32,000 nucleotides of DNA. It comes from Pseudidiomarina andamanensis (GTDB lineage: Bacteria > Pseudomonadota > Gammaproteobacteria > Enterobacterales > Alteromonadaceae). Positions 1 to 12,136 of this stretch are shown one piece after another. The notes under the pieces are model-generated. The model saw only the letters and a list, made by a program, of their open reading frames with translations, was not told the origin of the DNA and made no database searches. Location: the NCBI RefSeq assembly GCF_009734345.1, contig NZ_CP032551.1, positions 660,001-692,000 on the forward strand. The letters are read 5' to 3'. The first letter of the stretch is position 1. Each line of letters starts with the position of its first letter. The position numbers and the translations under genes are program-made.

Positions 1-1
1 A

Positions 2-433
2 TTCGCTTTGACAGGCTTCATGGGCTACACCCTTGGGCCTATTCTTGGCATGATTAGCGCGATTGGTCCTGCTGGCGATCAGATTATTATGACCGCGCTG
101 GGCGGCACCGCATTAATTTTCTTTGCGTTATCGGCTTACGTGCTAACAACGAAGAAAGATATGTCGTTTTTAGGCGGCATGATGATGGCGCTATTTGTTG
201 TACTCATTGTCGCGTTTATCGCTAACATTTTCTTGAATATGCCGGCATTAAGCTTGACGTTGTCAGCGTTATTCATCTTGTTCTCAGCTGGTGCTATTTT
301 AATGCAAACCAGTGCGATTATTCATGGTGGCGAGCGCAACTACGTTTTAGCAACCGTAACGCTTTACGTTTCTATTTATAATATCTTCGTCAGCCTATTG
401 AATATTCTTATGGCATTCGGCGGCGACGAATAA
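2..433 (+). CDS. yccA: Bax-inhibitor-1/YccA family inner-membrane protein, 5'-truncated by the window edge
   Basis: The frame is open from the window edge; the tracker's 'M' at 8 is an internal TTG. The translation matches the C-terminal two-thirds of E. coli YccA by eye ([59 protein letters not shown]). It contains several hydrophobic helices. Confidence 0.9.
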   Translation, partial: FALTGFMGYTLGPILGMISAIGPAGDQIIMTALGGTALIFFALSAYVLTTKKDMSFLGGMMMALFVVLIVAFIANIFLNMPALSLTLSALFILFSAGAILMQTSAIIHGGERNYVLATVTLYVSIYNIFVSLLNILMAFGGDE

Positions 434-446
434 GCAAGGAATACCC

Positions 447-815
447 GTGGCGCGGATTGTCATCGCTTTACATGCAGCTCCTGCTGCTGACACCCCAGCC
501 CAACATCGCAGCCTGTTAGCGTACCATTACGCGCAGGCTGCGCTCGTTTCTGGGCATCAAATTGACATGGTCTTTTTCTACAGTGACGCTGTTTTACATG
601 CAGCTAAGCTCGATAATTCTGGCGAAGCACATCAAGCAGTAACGCAGTGGCAAAAGTTTGCAACGCAACATAACGTACCGCTGGTTATTTGTAATACAGT
701 AGCCGAAGTCGACCACCAAATGACGACTGAAAATTTGGTCGCACCGTTTCAAAATGGCGGCTTAACTGAATTTTCTATGGCTGCAGCAGCTGCCGATCAC
801 GTGATCCAATTTTAA
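447..815 (+). CDS. tusD: Sulfurtransferase TusD (DsrE family)
   Basis: GTG start 14 nt after yccA. 122 aa, colinear with E. coli TusD, including the active-site Cys context (PLVICNTVA vs NICVAAA) and the C-terminal VIQF (E. coli VVQF). It is followed by tusC/tusB as in the tusDCB operon. Confidence 0.88.
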   Translation: MARIVIALHAAPAADTPAQHRSLLAYHYAQAALVSGHQIDMVFFYSDAVLHAAKLDNSGEAHQAVTQWQKFATQHNVPLVICNTVAEVDHQMTTENLVAPFQNGGLTEFSMAAAAADHVIQF

Positions 816-825
816 AGGTTAGCTT

Positions 826-1173
826 GTGAGTATTGCCGTTATTCAAACCAAAAATGCAAAGCACAACGCCGCCTGGCACGGTCAAGATATGTTGCTCGCA
901 TTGGCGAGCATGGATCTCAATCCACAACTCATTCTCACCGGCGGCGGCATAGAATTATGGTTAAACAACCATGATGAAACTCGCAATAATCGTTCACTGC
1001 AAAAACGTTATACCATGCTCGAATTATTCGACTGCCCTGCCCCTTGGGTAAATCAGCGAGAGCTTGATACAACGGGTTATGCTGCCAATGATTTTATCGC
1101 TGAAGTTAAAATTCTCGACGATGAAGAGTGGCAGCAGCGACTTGCAGAATTAACCAAAGTTCTTACCTACTAA
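826..1173 (+). CDS. tusC: Sulfurtransferase complex subunit TusC (DsrF family)
   Basis: 115-aa ORF between tusD and tusB with 10-nt gaps on both sides. Size and DsrE/F-like pattern match TusC, and the C-terminus (KVLTY) is similar to E. coli (VILRF). Confidence 0.82.
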   Translation: MSIAVIQTKNAKHNAAWHGQDMLLALASMDLNPQLILTGGGIELWLNNHDETRNNRSLQKRYTMLELFDCPAPWVNQRELDTTGYAANDFIAEVKILDDEEWQQRLAELTKVLTY

Positions 1174-1182
1174 AGGCCAACC

Positions 1183-1500
1183 ATGATTGATACAGCTGCA
1201 TTAGACCATCCAAAATCAGCGGTTTTCGTGGTACGGCATTGGCCAACAGAGGAATGGCTAGCACAGTGGTTAAGCCCGAATGCAACGCTCATATTGAGTG
1301 AACAAGCACTTATGGATGTGCTTAATGACCCAACGCTATTAGAAAGCTTAACGATAACGCCGTATGCGCTGCACAGTGAACTAAAACTGTTGAATATTGA
1401 TGAAGTGCCGGCTTCTATCATACAGCTTGGTGATGCGCGCTGGGTGGAGCTTTCTCTAGACGCATCAACGTATATCGTGTGGGATGATCCACAAAACTGA
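1183..1500 (+). CDS. tusB: Sulfurtransferase complex subunit TusB (DsrH family)
   Basis: 105 aa. The segments YALHSELKLLNI and IQLGDARWVELSLDASTYIVW parallel E. coli TusB VYALNEDLIARGL and IDYTDFVRLTVKHPSQMAW. It is third in tusDCB order. The true start could lie a few codons downstream. Confidence 0.78.
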   Translation: MIDTAALDHPKSAVFVVRHWPTEEWLAQWLSPNATLILSEQALMDVLNDPTLLESLTITPYALHSELKLLNIDEVPASIIQLGDARWVELSLDASTYIVWDDPQN

Positions 1501-1533
1501 TTTCTGTCACTGATTAACGAATAGAGAAGATGC

Positions 1534-1863
1534 ATGTTTGAGTTGAACGGACGCCAATATGAAACGGATAAGCACGAGTATTTAGCGAATTTTGATGAAT
1601 GGTCGCCGGAACTTGCTGAGTATATTGCTGCGCTAGAATCTATCGAGCTGACCGATGCGCATTGGGAAGTTGTTCATTTCGTGCGGGAATTTTATCAAAC
1701 TTACGATACCAGCCCTGCTATGCGGGTATTGGTCAAAGCCATTGGGCAGAGTTTGGGAGCTGATAAAGCTAACAGTATGTATTTATACAAATTATTCCCA
1801 AAGGGTCCTGCGAAGCAAGCAACGCGCATAGCGGGCTTACCTAAGCCCGCCAAGTGCATTTAG
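1534..1863 (+). CDS. tusE: Sulfurtransferase TusE (DsrC family)
   Basis: 109 aa, near-colinear with E. coli TusE (HWEVVHFVREFY, YLYKLFPKGPAKQATRIAGLPKPAKCI), including the penultimate functional Cys. Confidence 0.92.
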   Translation: MFELNGRQYETDKHEYLANFDEWSPELAEYIAALESIELTDAHWEVVHFVREFYQTYDTSPAMRVLVKAIGQSLGADKANSMYLYKLFPKGPAKQATRIAGLPKPAKCI

Positions 1864-1878
1864 TTCGCTAAGTTTGGT

Positions 1879-3189
<1,311 letters not shown>

Positions 3190-3196
3190 TCAAAAG

Positions 3197-3562
3197 TTAT
3201 GACTTTAACCACAGCGCTAACAGCACCGCAGCAATGCATCCAAAAGTATTCAAAAGTGCGTACAAAATGGCCTTTAACCAGTCGCCTTGTTGCACCATCA
3301 GTACGACATCAAGCGAAAACGTCGAAAATGTCGTAAAGGCACCTAAAACCCCAACGCCAAATAGCAACCACAGCTGTTGGTTCGCGCCTTCTTGTTGAAT
3401 TTGCCAAGCGAATAAAAGAGCCAGTAAAAACGAGCCTGTTATGTTAACGATTAGTGTGGCGAAAGGAAATAATTTGCTGAGATTAATTAGCCATAATCCC
3501 ATACCATATCGCCCCATAGCGCCAATGGCTCCACCTAAAGCTACCCACATAAAATTAATCAT
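3197..3562 (-). CDS. crcB: Fluoride ion channel CrcB/FluC
   Basis: 121 aa with four hydrophobic helices and CrcB-type motifs ([20 protein letters not shown]). The ATG at 3562 overlaps the rarA stop (3555-3557). An alternative ATG lies at 3550. Confidence 0.9.
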   Translation of the reverse strand: MINFMWVALGGAIGAMGRYGMGLWLINLSKLFPFATLIVNITGSFLLALLFAWQIQQEGANQQLWLLFGVGVLGAFTTFSTFSLDVVLMVQQGDWLKAILYALLNTFGCIAAVLLALWLKS

Positions 3563-4895
3563 CTTCGCCCCGCTGCCATGAACTTGTTTGATGCTGCAGG
3601 TTCATCCAATTAAGTTTTTCTTGTAGTTGTTTTTCTAACCCGCGATCATTCGGCTGATACAACTGTATCTCTGCAATCGCACTCGGCAAGTAACGTTCGC
3701 CGGCAACAAAAGCATGTGGGTAATCATGGGCATATCGATAGTCGACGCCATAGCCTTCGGCTTTATGAAGCGTTGTTGGCGCATTGGTTAGGTGTTTCGG
3801 CACTGGTAAATCTGGATATTGCTCAGCCAGTTTTTTCGCTTGATTAAAAGCGTTATAAACAGCGTTACTTTTCGGCGCCATCGCACAAAAGATTAAAGCC
3901 TGTGCAATGGCCCGTTCGCCTTCAGCGGGTCCAACACGCGTAAAGGTATCCCATGCGTTCAAAGCAAGCTGTATGGCGCGCGGATCAGCATTGCCAATAT
4001 CTTCTGATGCAATGGCTAATACTCGCCGTGCGACAATGAGTGGATCGCCACCACCTTGTAAGATGCGCGCATACCAATACAACGCACCATCAGGAGATGA
4101 GCCTCGCACTGATTTGTGCAATGCTGAGAGCAATTCATAATAGGCATCGCCTTGTTTATCAAACACTGCTTGGCGGCTACCAACTGCCTCTTGAACAAGT
4201 TCTAACTTTATCTGATTACTAACAGCTGCATCAGCGCATATCTCAAGAAAATTTAGCGCGCGTCGCGCATCACCAGCCGCCGCATAAATCAAATAGTTGA
4301 ACGCATCATCGGCAACCTGCAAGCGCCGCTCTCCAAGGCCGCGTTCCGTATCTTCAAGAGCTTGGCGAAGCACGTGTTCAATATCGGCGTCATCGAGATG
4401 CTTTAAGCGATAAACCCGAGTACGTGATAACAAAGCGTTGTTCAGCTCGAACGCTGGATTTTCAGTGGTTGCGCCGACAAAGATAATGGTGCCATCTTCG
4501 ATATGCGGCAAAAATGCGTCTTGTTGGCTTTTATTAAAACGATGCACTTCATCCACAAACAATACGGTGCGCCGCTGTTGTGACTGAGCACGTTGTTTCG
4601 CCGTATCAATCGCTGCTCGAATGTCTTTGACACCGGCTGTCACCGCACTAATTCTATCGAGTGTCGCTTCGGCACTATGCGCCACCATCTCGGCTAAGGT
4701 TGTTTTCCCTGTACCTGGTGGCCCCCACAGAATCATGGAATGCAAAAGCCCCCGGTTGATCGCTTCATAAAGCGGCTTACCAGGGGCTAAAAGATGCGAC
4801 TGCCCAATGTATTCATCAAGCCGCCGTGGCCGCATTCTTGCAGCTAGCGGCCTAAAATCAGGCTCTAAGTCTAAACGACCGTTAGCGTTGGTCAT
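3555..4895 (-). CDS. rarA: Replication-associated recombination protein A (AAA+ ATPase RarA/MgsA)
   Basis: Walker [10 protein letters not shown], Walker [12 protein letters not shown], and an MgsA C-terminal domain. I prefer the ATG at 4895 ([11 protein letters not shown]...), which overlaps the lolA stop by 14 nt. The tracker's 4937 start adds 14 unlikely residues. Confidence 0.95.
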   Translation of the reverse strand: MTNANGRLDLEPDFRPLAARMRPRRLDEYIGQSHLLAPGKPLYEAINRGLLHSMILWGPPGTGKTTLAEMVAHSAEATLDRISAVTAGVKDIRAAIDTAKQRAQSQQRRTVLFVDEVHRFNKSQQDAFLPHIEDGTIIFVGATTENPAFELNNALLSRTRVYRLKHLDDADIEHVLRQALEDTERGLGERRLQVADDAFNYLIYAAAGDARRALNFLEICADAAVSNQIKLELVQEAVGSRQAVFDKQGDAYYELLSALHKSVRGSSPDGALYWYARILQGGGDPLIVARRVLAIASEDIGNADPRAIQLALNAWDTFTRVGPAEGERAIAQALIFCAMAPKSNAVYNAFNQAKKLAEQYPDLPVPKHLTNAPTTLHKAEGYGVDYRYAHDYPHAFVAGERYLPSAIAEIQLYQPNDRGLEKQLQEKLNWMNLQHQTSSWQRGEDD

Positions 4896-5535
4896 CCACG
4901 TCAATGCCTTCCGGCACCTCAAATTTGAATAAATCACGGCTTAACGCACGGTTTAACTGCACGTTATCAAGTTCAATCGTACTAATTTGTCCTTGACCAT
5001 CATCAAGGATAATACGTTGCAACTGCGCAGCATTGCCTTGTTCATTAAACACCAGTTGCAAACTCTGCGTGCTATCGGCACTTGGCAATGGCTGCAAGGC
5101 GTAACTATTAGCTTCTGCTTTGACTTCGTAGTCAGCCCACGCTTGGCTGTCACCATTTAGTAAAAGCAACAACGGGCTCTGTGCTACAGCATCAGCTTGT
5201 GCATACACCGTCACCTGCTCAACAAATGGATTGTAATACCAAAGATTCTGACCATCTGCGACCATCAAGGTCTCATCTGGTGCATCGGTTTGCCAATGCA
5301 ATAAATTCGGGCGAGCTAACGCCATATGGCCATGTAATTGTTGAACCAACTCACCATTCACATCGGTCACTTCCTGCGAAAAGTCAGCTTCTAGGGTTGT
5401 TAAACCATCAAGACGCGTCAGCAACGCTTGACGGTCTGCTTCTGAACCTATTGCAGGGAAAACCAAACCTGCGCTCAATAGCGTACCGGCAATAGAGCCT
5501 ACAAAGACCTTCGAAACTTTCTTAAATACGTTCAT
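4882..5535 (-). CDS. lolA: Outer-membrane lipoprotein carrier protein LolA
   Basis: Signal peptide ([30 protein letters not shown]) and LolA-type core ([16 protein letters not shown]). Synteny ftsK-lolA-rarA supports it. The ATG at 5535 is preferred over the tracker's GTG at 5553. Confidence 0.9.
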   Translation of the reverse strand: MNVFKKVSKVFVGSIAGTLLSAGLVFPAIGSEADRQALLTRLDGLTTLEADFSQEVTDVNGELVQQLHGHMALARPNLLHWQTDAPDETLMVADGQNLWYYNPFVEQVTVYAQADAVAQSPLLLLLNGDSQAWADYEVKAEANSYALQPLPSADSTQSLQLVFNEQGNAAQLQRIILDDGQGQISTIELDNVQLNRALSRDLFKFEVPEGIDVDDQR

Positions 5536-5559
5536 AATTTTGTCCGTTACCACTTTAAA

Positions 5560-7950
5560 TTAATCGCGCGGTGGGCGCGGGGCGAGAACTTCGCGTTGGC
5601 CGTTATTTCCGGCACTACTAACGACACCTGTCGCCTCCATTTGTTCCACAATACGCGCTGCACGATTGTAACCAATTCTGAATTTTCGCTGCACACTTGA
5701 AACCGAAACACGTCGCGTTTCAGTCACAAATGCAACCGCTTCATCGTAAAGCGGGTCACTATCTTCATCGCCGAGATCAAGTTGTTCGCCAGGCAATAAG
5801 TTGTCTTCGTCTAAACTGCCGTTGAGAATTTCATCCAGATAGTTTGGCTTACCGCGTTTTTTCCAATCGGCAACCACGGCGTGAACTTCATGGTCATCCA
5901 CAAAAGCACCATGTACCCGCGTAGGAACACCGCTACCTGGCGGCAGATACAGCATATCACCCTGCCCCAACAACTGATCCGCACCTGGCTGATCAAGAAT
6001 CGTGCGCGAATCAATTTTTGATTGTACTTGAAACGCAATACGCGTTGGAATATTGGCCTTTATCAAGCCAGTAATCACGTCGACAGATGGTCGTTGCGTT
6101 GCCAAAATCAAATGGATTCCCGCCGCTCGAGCCTTTTGTGCGATACGCGCAATAAGCTCTTCAACTTTCTTACCGACAATCATCATCATGTCAGCAAATT
6201 CGTCAATGACCACCACAATACTTGGCAACTTCTCCAAATACGGTGGCAATTCATCCATTGAATCACCCGGCTTCCAAATAGGGTCGCGCAACGGTTCACC
6301 AGCGTCCTTCGCTTCCTGAACCTTTTGGTTATAGCCTTTCAGGTTACGTACACCAAGGGCTGACATGAGTTTGTAACGACGTTCCATTTCACCAACACAC
6401 CAACGCAGCGCGTTCGCGGCATCTTTCATGTCGGTAACAACTTCTGTCAGCAAGTGCGGAATGCCCTCGTATACTGAAAGCTCAAGCATTTTCGGGTCAA
6501 TCATAATCAAGCGAACATCCTCAGGTGAACTCTTATAGAGCAAGCTGAGAATCATCACGTTCACACCGACTGATTTACCTGAGCCGGTGGTACCTGCTAC
6601 CAACAAATGCGGCATTTTGGCAAGGTCAACGACCACTGGTGCACCTGAAATGCCCTTACCAAGCACCATAGTTAATGGCGATTGGCTCTGTTGGAATGCA
6701 TCACAAGCTATGACTTCACTAAAGAAAACGGTCTCTCGCGACTTATTCGGTAATTCCAAGCCAACATATGATTTGCCGGGAATCACTTCCACCACCCGCA
6801 CCGATATGGCACTTAGCGAACGCGCTATATCTTTATCGAGGTTAGAAATTTTTGAAACCTTTACACCTGGCGCCAAATCAAGTTCAAAACGCGTAATTAC
6901 TGGCCCCGGCTGCACGTTAGCAACCTTCACTTCAACCCCGAAATCTTGCAATACCGCTTCAACAGTTTGACTAATTTGCTGTAATTCTTCTGGCGTTAAC
7001 GGGTTACCGGTTTTATTTGGCCGATCAAGCAACTCAATCGATGGCAACGGATCGACGCTTAAAACTGGCGCATCGCCACCATCGTCGTCGGTTGTTGTGT
7101 CATCAACAGCTGCGGGCTTCTTAGGTTTTGGTTTAAAGCGAGCGTCGTCAGCTTTTTTCGGGACTTCTTTGGCTGCTTTAAAGTCATCTGCATTTTGTTC
7201 GTCAAGAAATGGTTCGTCATCGTCTAGCGCCGATAATGTCATATCCAAATCGAGTTCAGGTTCCTGCCGAATTGTCGTTGCCGGCAATGTCTTTTGGCTC
7301 GGCGATAATTTCTCAGGAGCCTTCGATTTGTCAGCTTTTACTGGGCGCTCGTAATTTCGAGCTTTGTTCAGCAGTTTTTTGGTTATACCAATAAGACCAA
7401 GCGTTCCGGTAATGGTGACCTCGCCCAGCTTATCTGCTAACCAAATCCAAGAAATACCCGTGACTAGCGTTAACCCAGTGCACAAAAAGGTTAATAACAA
7501 CAGCGTTGTGCCAATCAGATTGAAGTACGGCAGTAATGACGAACTGATTACGTCGCCAACCACACCGCCGGCCGAAAACGAATAAATATCGCTAAAGTTG
7601 AGCGCAGCCAGCGCTGAAGCCCCTACCAAGGTGAGTACTAAACCAATTAAACGCAGGCCAACGGCTAAATAATCGAGCTCGAGTAATTTATGCGGCTGAC
7701 GAAACATCATATAGCCGAGAGAAGCCAACCCGAACGGAATTAAGTAGGCAACAAAACCAAAGGCAAACAGCAACGCATCAGCGAACCAAGCGCCAATAGC
7801 GCCGGCAGCATTATGAATACTTCCTTCGTAGGCTGTTTGTGACCAACTTGGGTCTGCTGGATTAAAGCTCGCTAATGCTAAAAATAGAAAGATAGCGAAC
7901 GCACCGCAGAGCAAGAGCCCAACTTCTAAAACGCGTTGCACACCGCTCAT
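5560..7950 (-). CDS. ftsK: DNA translocase FtsK
   Basis: 796 aa with N-terminal TM helices, an acidic/Pro-Lys linker, a motor domain (Walker [10 protein letters not shown], Walker [12 protein letters not shown]) and a C-terminal gamma winged helix ([24 protein letters not shown]). Confidence 0.97.
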   Translation of the reverse strand: MSGVQRVLEVGLLLCGAFAIFLFLALASFNPADPSWSQTAYEGSIHNAAGAIGAWFADALLFAFGFVAYLIPFGLASLGYMMFRQPHKLLELDYLAVGLRLIGLVLTLVGASALAALNFSDIYSFSAGGVVGDVISSSLLPYFNLIGTTLLLLTFLCTGLTLVTGISWIWLADKLGEVTITGTLGLIGITKKLLNKARNYERPVKADKSKAPEKLSPSQKTLPATTIRQEPELDLDMTLSALDDDEPFLDEQNADDFKAAKEVPKKADDARFKPKPKKPAAVDDTTTDDDGGDAPVLSVDPLPSIELLDRPNKTGNPLTPEELQQISQTVEAVLQDFGVEVKVANVQPGPVITRFELDLAPGVKVSKISNLDKDIARSLSAISVRVVEVIPGKSYVGLELPNKSRETVFFSEVIACDAFQQSQSPLTMVLGKGISGAPVVVDLAKMPHLLVAGTTGSGKSVGVNVMILSLLYKSSPEDVRLIMIDPKMLELSVYEGIPHLLTEVVTDMKDAANALRWCVGEMERRYKLMSALGVRNLKGYNQKVQEAKDAGEPLRDPIWKPGDSMDELPPYLEKLPSIVVVIDEFADMMMIVGKKVEELIARIAQKARAAGIHLILATQRPSVDVITGLIKANIPTRIAFQVQSKIDSRTILDQPGADQLLGQGDMLYLPPGSGVPTRVHGAFVDDHEVHAVVADWKKRGKPNYLDEILNGSLDEDNLLPGEQLDLGDEDSDPLYDEAVAFVTETRRVSVSSVQRKFRIGYNRAARIVEQMEATGVVSSAGNNGQREVLAPRPPRD

Positions 7951-8095
7951 ACACTACTCCAGCTCATTGCTTGACTTGCCATAGGGTTCTGTCGTCCTTT
8001 TGTTCTGAGCTTCATATTCTTATGATTTTGATATTTTTATTGAAGCTATTGTAACTTGCTTGACCACGTTATACAGCAATTTATCCTGCCTTTTC

Positions 8096-8587
8096 TTAAC
8101 CTTTAATCAGCACTTTATTATCGTCTTTTACTTCTTCCATCACGACATAAGTGCGTGATTCGTTGACACCCGGCATGGTTAAAATGGTTTCGCCTAACAA
8201 CTTACGGTAGGCCGGCATGTCAGGCACACGCGCCTTAATTAAGAAATCGAAATCACCGGCTACTAAATGGCATTCAAGTATTTCAGGTGTTTTTCGCACC
8301 GCCTCACTGAACTCAGCAAAGGCATCAGATGATGTACGCGTGAGTGTTATTTCAACAAACACCATTAGGTTAGCCCCAAGTTTAGCGGGATTGATACGCG
8401 CATGATAACTGTCAATCACCCCTTCTCGTTCCAGCTTACGCACACGCTCATTACAAGCGGTCGGGCTAAGACCAACGCGCTGTGCAAGATTAACATTGCT
8501 GATGCGGCCATCGTCTTGCAGAATTCGTAGAATCTTCCGATCAATTCTATCGATAGTTATTTCCACTGGTTCTTCGGCATTAAACAT
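8096..8587 (-). CDS. lrp: Leucine-responsive regulatory protein (Lrp/AsnC family)
   Basis: 163 aa, strongly Lrp-like (DRIDRKILRILQDDGRISNVNLAQRVGLSPTACNERVRKLEREGVI). Located immediately upstream of ftsK as in E. coli. Confidence 0.95.
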   Translation of the reverse strand: MFNAEEPVEITIDRIDRKILRILQDDGRISNVNLAQRVGLSPTACNERVRKLEREGVIDSYHARINPAKLGANLMVFVEITLTRTSSDAFAEFSEAVRKTPEILECHLVAGDFDFLIKARVPDMPAYRKLLGETILTMPGVNESRTYVVMEEVKDDNKVLIKG

Positions 8588-8755
8588 TGTTTTTCTCTAT
8601 TTTATGTATTCTATAACTATTTATAGCCTATAAAATGCCATAAAAAAAGTACGAAACACACCTATCTAATCATCTATAATTGCCGCCGAAATAAGTAGCT
8701 ATCATGAAGCTATGAATCAAACTCAACGACAAGTTATTATCGGAGAAGCACAACC

Positions 8756-9883
8756 ATGCTGATTGGTGTACCTAAAGAAATTAAAAACCACGAGTATCGT
8801 ATTGGATTAACCCCTGCGGCAGTTCGCGAATATGTTGCCCATGGTCATCAAGTGATGGTTGAGCAAAACGGCGGTTTAGCAATTGGTTTCACCAACGAAG
8901 ACTATGAACAAGCTGGTGCGACAATCGTTGCTGACGCGAAAGAAATTTTCACCAAAGCCGAAATGATTATTAAAGTAAAAGAGCCGCAGCCACACGAGTG
9001 CGAACAACTGCGTGAAGGTCAAATTCTTTATACTTACCTGCATCTTGCACCAGACCCAGTTCAAACTGAATTGTTAGCAAAAGCTGGCGTCACTGCCATT
9101 GCCTACGAAACCGTCACTGACCGTAACGGTGGTTTGCCATTGTTAGCGCCAATGAGTGAAGTAGCTGGTCGTATGTCAATTCAAGCCGGTGCGCACAACT
9201 TAGAAAAAGCAAACGGCGGTAGCGGCACCTTGTTGGGTGGCGTACCTGGCGTTGCTCCTGCAAAAGTTCTCGTCATCGGTGGTGGCGTGGTTGGTACTCA
9301 GGCAGCGAAAATGGCTGTAGGTATGGGCGCCGATGTGACCATTCTTGACCGTTCATTGCCCCGTTTGCGTCAATTAGACGATATCTTCGGTGGTCGTGTA
9401 AAAACCATCTACTCAACCGTAGACGCTATCGATGTGTTCTCTCGCGAAGCTGATTTGGTTATCGGTGCGGTACTTATTCCAGGTGCAGCAGCGCCGAAAT
9501 TGTTAACTCGCGAACACTTACAGAACATGAAACCAGGTTCTGTTGTCGTTGACGTTGCAATTGACCAAGGTGGCTGCTTCGAAACATCGAAAGCGACCAC
9601 GCACCAAGATCCAACCTACGTCGTTGAAGATGTCATTCACTACTGTGTAGCAAACATGCCTGGTGGTGTTGCGCGTACCTCAACGATTGCATTAAACAAC
9701 GCAACCTTGCCGTTTGGCTTGGCGTTAGCAAACAAAGGTTTGAAAGCGATGGCTGATGACCCGCACCTATTAAATGGCTTGAACATGCACAAAGGTAAAA
9801 TCACCTATAAAGCGGTTCATGACGATTTAGGAGCGCAGCTTGGCCTTGATTATCAAGATCCAGCGGAAGCGATTAAAGCCTAA
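8756..9883 (+). CDS. ald: Alanine dehydrogenase
   Basis: 375 aa. The N-terminus [23 protein letters not shown] and the Rossmann motif [12 protein letters not shown] are typical of L-alanine dehydrogenase. Confidence 0.95.
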   Translation: MLIGVPKEIKNHEYRIGLTPAAVREYVAHGHQVMVEQNGGLAIGFTNEDYEQAGATIVADAKEIFTKAEMIIKVKEPQPHECEQLREGQILYTYLHLAPDPVQTELLAKAGVTAIAYETVTDRNGGLPLLAPMSEVAGRMSIQAGAHNLEKANGGSGTLLGGVPGVAPAKVLVIGGGVVGTQAAKMAVGMGADVTILDRSLPRLRQLDDIFGGRVKTIYSTVDAIDVFSREADLVIGAVLIPGAAAPKLLTREHLQNMKPGSVVVDVAIDQGGCFETSKATTHQDPTYVVEDVIHYCVANMPGGVARTSTIALNNATLPFGLALANKGLKAMADDPHLLNGLNMHKGKITYKAVHDDLGAQLGLDYQDPAEAIKA

Positions 9884-9921
9884 ACTGCTTTTGGCGATTG
9901 TGCCGGAGCGATAGCTTGACA

Positions 9922-9959
9922 AGACCCGCAGTGGATTTCCACCGCGGGTCTCTTGTTTC
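9922..9959 (+). terminator. Rho-independent terminator downstream of ald
   Basis: 13-bp GC-rich stem AGACCCGCAGTGG / CCACCGCGGGTCT with one mismatch and a 4-nt loop ATTT, followed by CTTGTTT. It lies 39 nt after the ald stop. Confidence 0.75.
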
Positions 9960-10007
9960 AAAGACTTGTAATGCCTACAATCGACCCCCATAGTGACAAG
10001 TATCTAG

Positions 10008-11000
<993 letters not shown>

Positions 11001-11039
11001 TCGCCTTGGTTCAGAATTTGGTTCATAGAGAGAACTCTG

Positions 11040-11738
11040 GTGTTATTTGAACTGACGACCGATTCGGTCTGGTTTCCATCGCCAGAGTTCGCTTTACGCG
11101 AACCTGATGGTTTGCTCGCGTTCGGCGGCGATTTATCTCCAGAACGCCTTATCGAAGCCTATAACCATGGTATTTTCCCTTGGTACAGCTCTGAAGACCC
11201 TATTTTGTGGTGGAGCCCCAACCCGCGTACCATATTTACTGCCGAAAGCCTTCACGTCAGTCGTTCAATGAAACGCTTTTTGAAACACACCGATTTCCAG
11301 GTGACTTTGAACAATGCCTTTAACGAAGTTATAAAAGCCTGTGCCGATGTTCATGAACAAGCAAATCGCGGCGTATGGATACACCCAGAAATGCAGGCCG
11401 CTTATAATGTACTTCATCAATTGGGGCACGCTCATTCGGTAGAAGTCTGGCACGATAGTCAGTTAGTTGGTGGGTTATATGGTATTGGTGTTGGAAATAT
11501 TTTCTGCGCCGAGAGTATGTTTCACACTCAAACCAACGCCAGTAAAGCTGCCCTGTTAATTTTTGCGCAAGAATTTTTCGATGCCGGCGGCGAATTAATC
11601 GATGCTCAAATTCGTAACGAGCATACGGCAAGCCTTGGTGCTCACGATATTTCGCGACAGCAGTATCTGCACAAATTACACACACAAAAGAATACATTGC
11701 GTACAAATTTCTGGACACCAACGTGCTTAAAAGCTTGA
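11040..11738 (+). CDS. aat: Leucyl/phenylalanyl-tRNA--protein transferase
   Basis: GTG start. Aat motifs GLLAFGGDLSPERLIEAY, GIFPWY and ILWWSPNPR. Adjacent to infA/clpA/clpS as in E. coli. Confidence 0.93.
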   Translation: MLFELTTDSVWFPSPEFALREPDGLLAFGGDLSPERLIEAYNHGIFPWYSSEDPILWWSPNPRTIFTAESLHVSRSMKRFLKHTDFQVTLNNAFNEVIKACADVHEQANRGVWIHPEMQAAYNVLHQLGHAHSVEVWHDSQLVGGLYGIGVGNIFCAESMFHTQTNASKAALLIFAQEFFDAGGELIDAQIRNEHTASLGAHDISRQQYLHKLHTQKNTLRTNFWTPTCLKA

Positions 11739-11879
11739 ACAATCACGATAAGCAGTGGCAATTGTCATGAAAAACGGCTAAAATTCTGCCACTTTTCGCG
11801 GCGTAAGCCTTATCTACGTTAGCAACTTAATAAAATTTGCGAGTTCATCGCATCATTAGAAAATTTATCGAGGACTTGA

Positions 11880-12098
<219 letters not shown>

Positions 12099-12109
12099 TT
12101 CAGGCCACT

Positions 12110-12136
12110 CGCGGTTCAATCAGTGGTTGAACCGCG
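12110..12136. terminator. Strong hairpin spanning the convergent infA/clpA junction (possible bidirectional terminator; no U-tract)
   Basis: 10-bp perfect stem CGCGGTTCAA / TTGAACCGCG with a 7-nt loop. It overlaps the last clpA codons (stop at 12116-12118). Neither side has a clear T-run, so terminator function is uncertain. Confidence 0.35.

Noticed and set aside
1170-1535. 121-aa minus-strand ORF covering tusB
   Set aside because: It is entirely antisense to a plus-strand ORF that aligns with TusB and fits the tusDCB-tusE operon spacing. Its translation is Ser/Cys-rich with no recognisable motif. It is a shadow ORF.
1831-1850. Perfect 9-bp hairpin GCGGGCTTA-CC-TAAGCCCGC near the convergent tusE/serS ends, considered as a terminator
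   Set aside because: It lies inside tusE and encodes the conserved AGLPKPA motif. No T-run follows, so the dyad is most simply a by-product of the coding sequence.
3563-3620. Fluoride riboswitch upstream of crcB
   Set aside because: This region is rarA coding sequence and crcB overlaps the rarA stop, so there is no non-coding leader in which the riboswitch could reside.
11329-11742. 137-aa minus-strand ORF antisense to aat
   Set aside because: The aat frame carries the conserved transferase motifs. The antisense translation is Arg/His-rich with no signal and has no RBS context.
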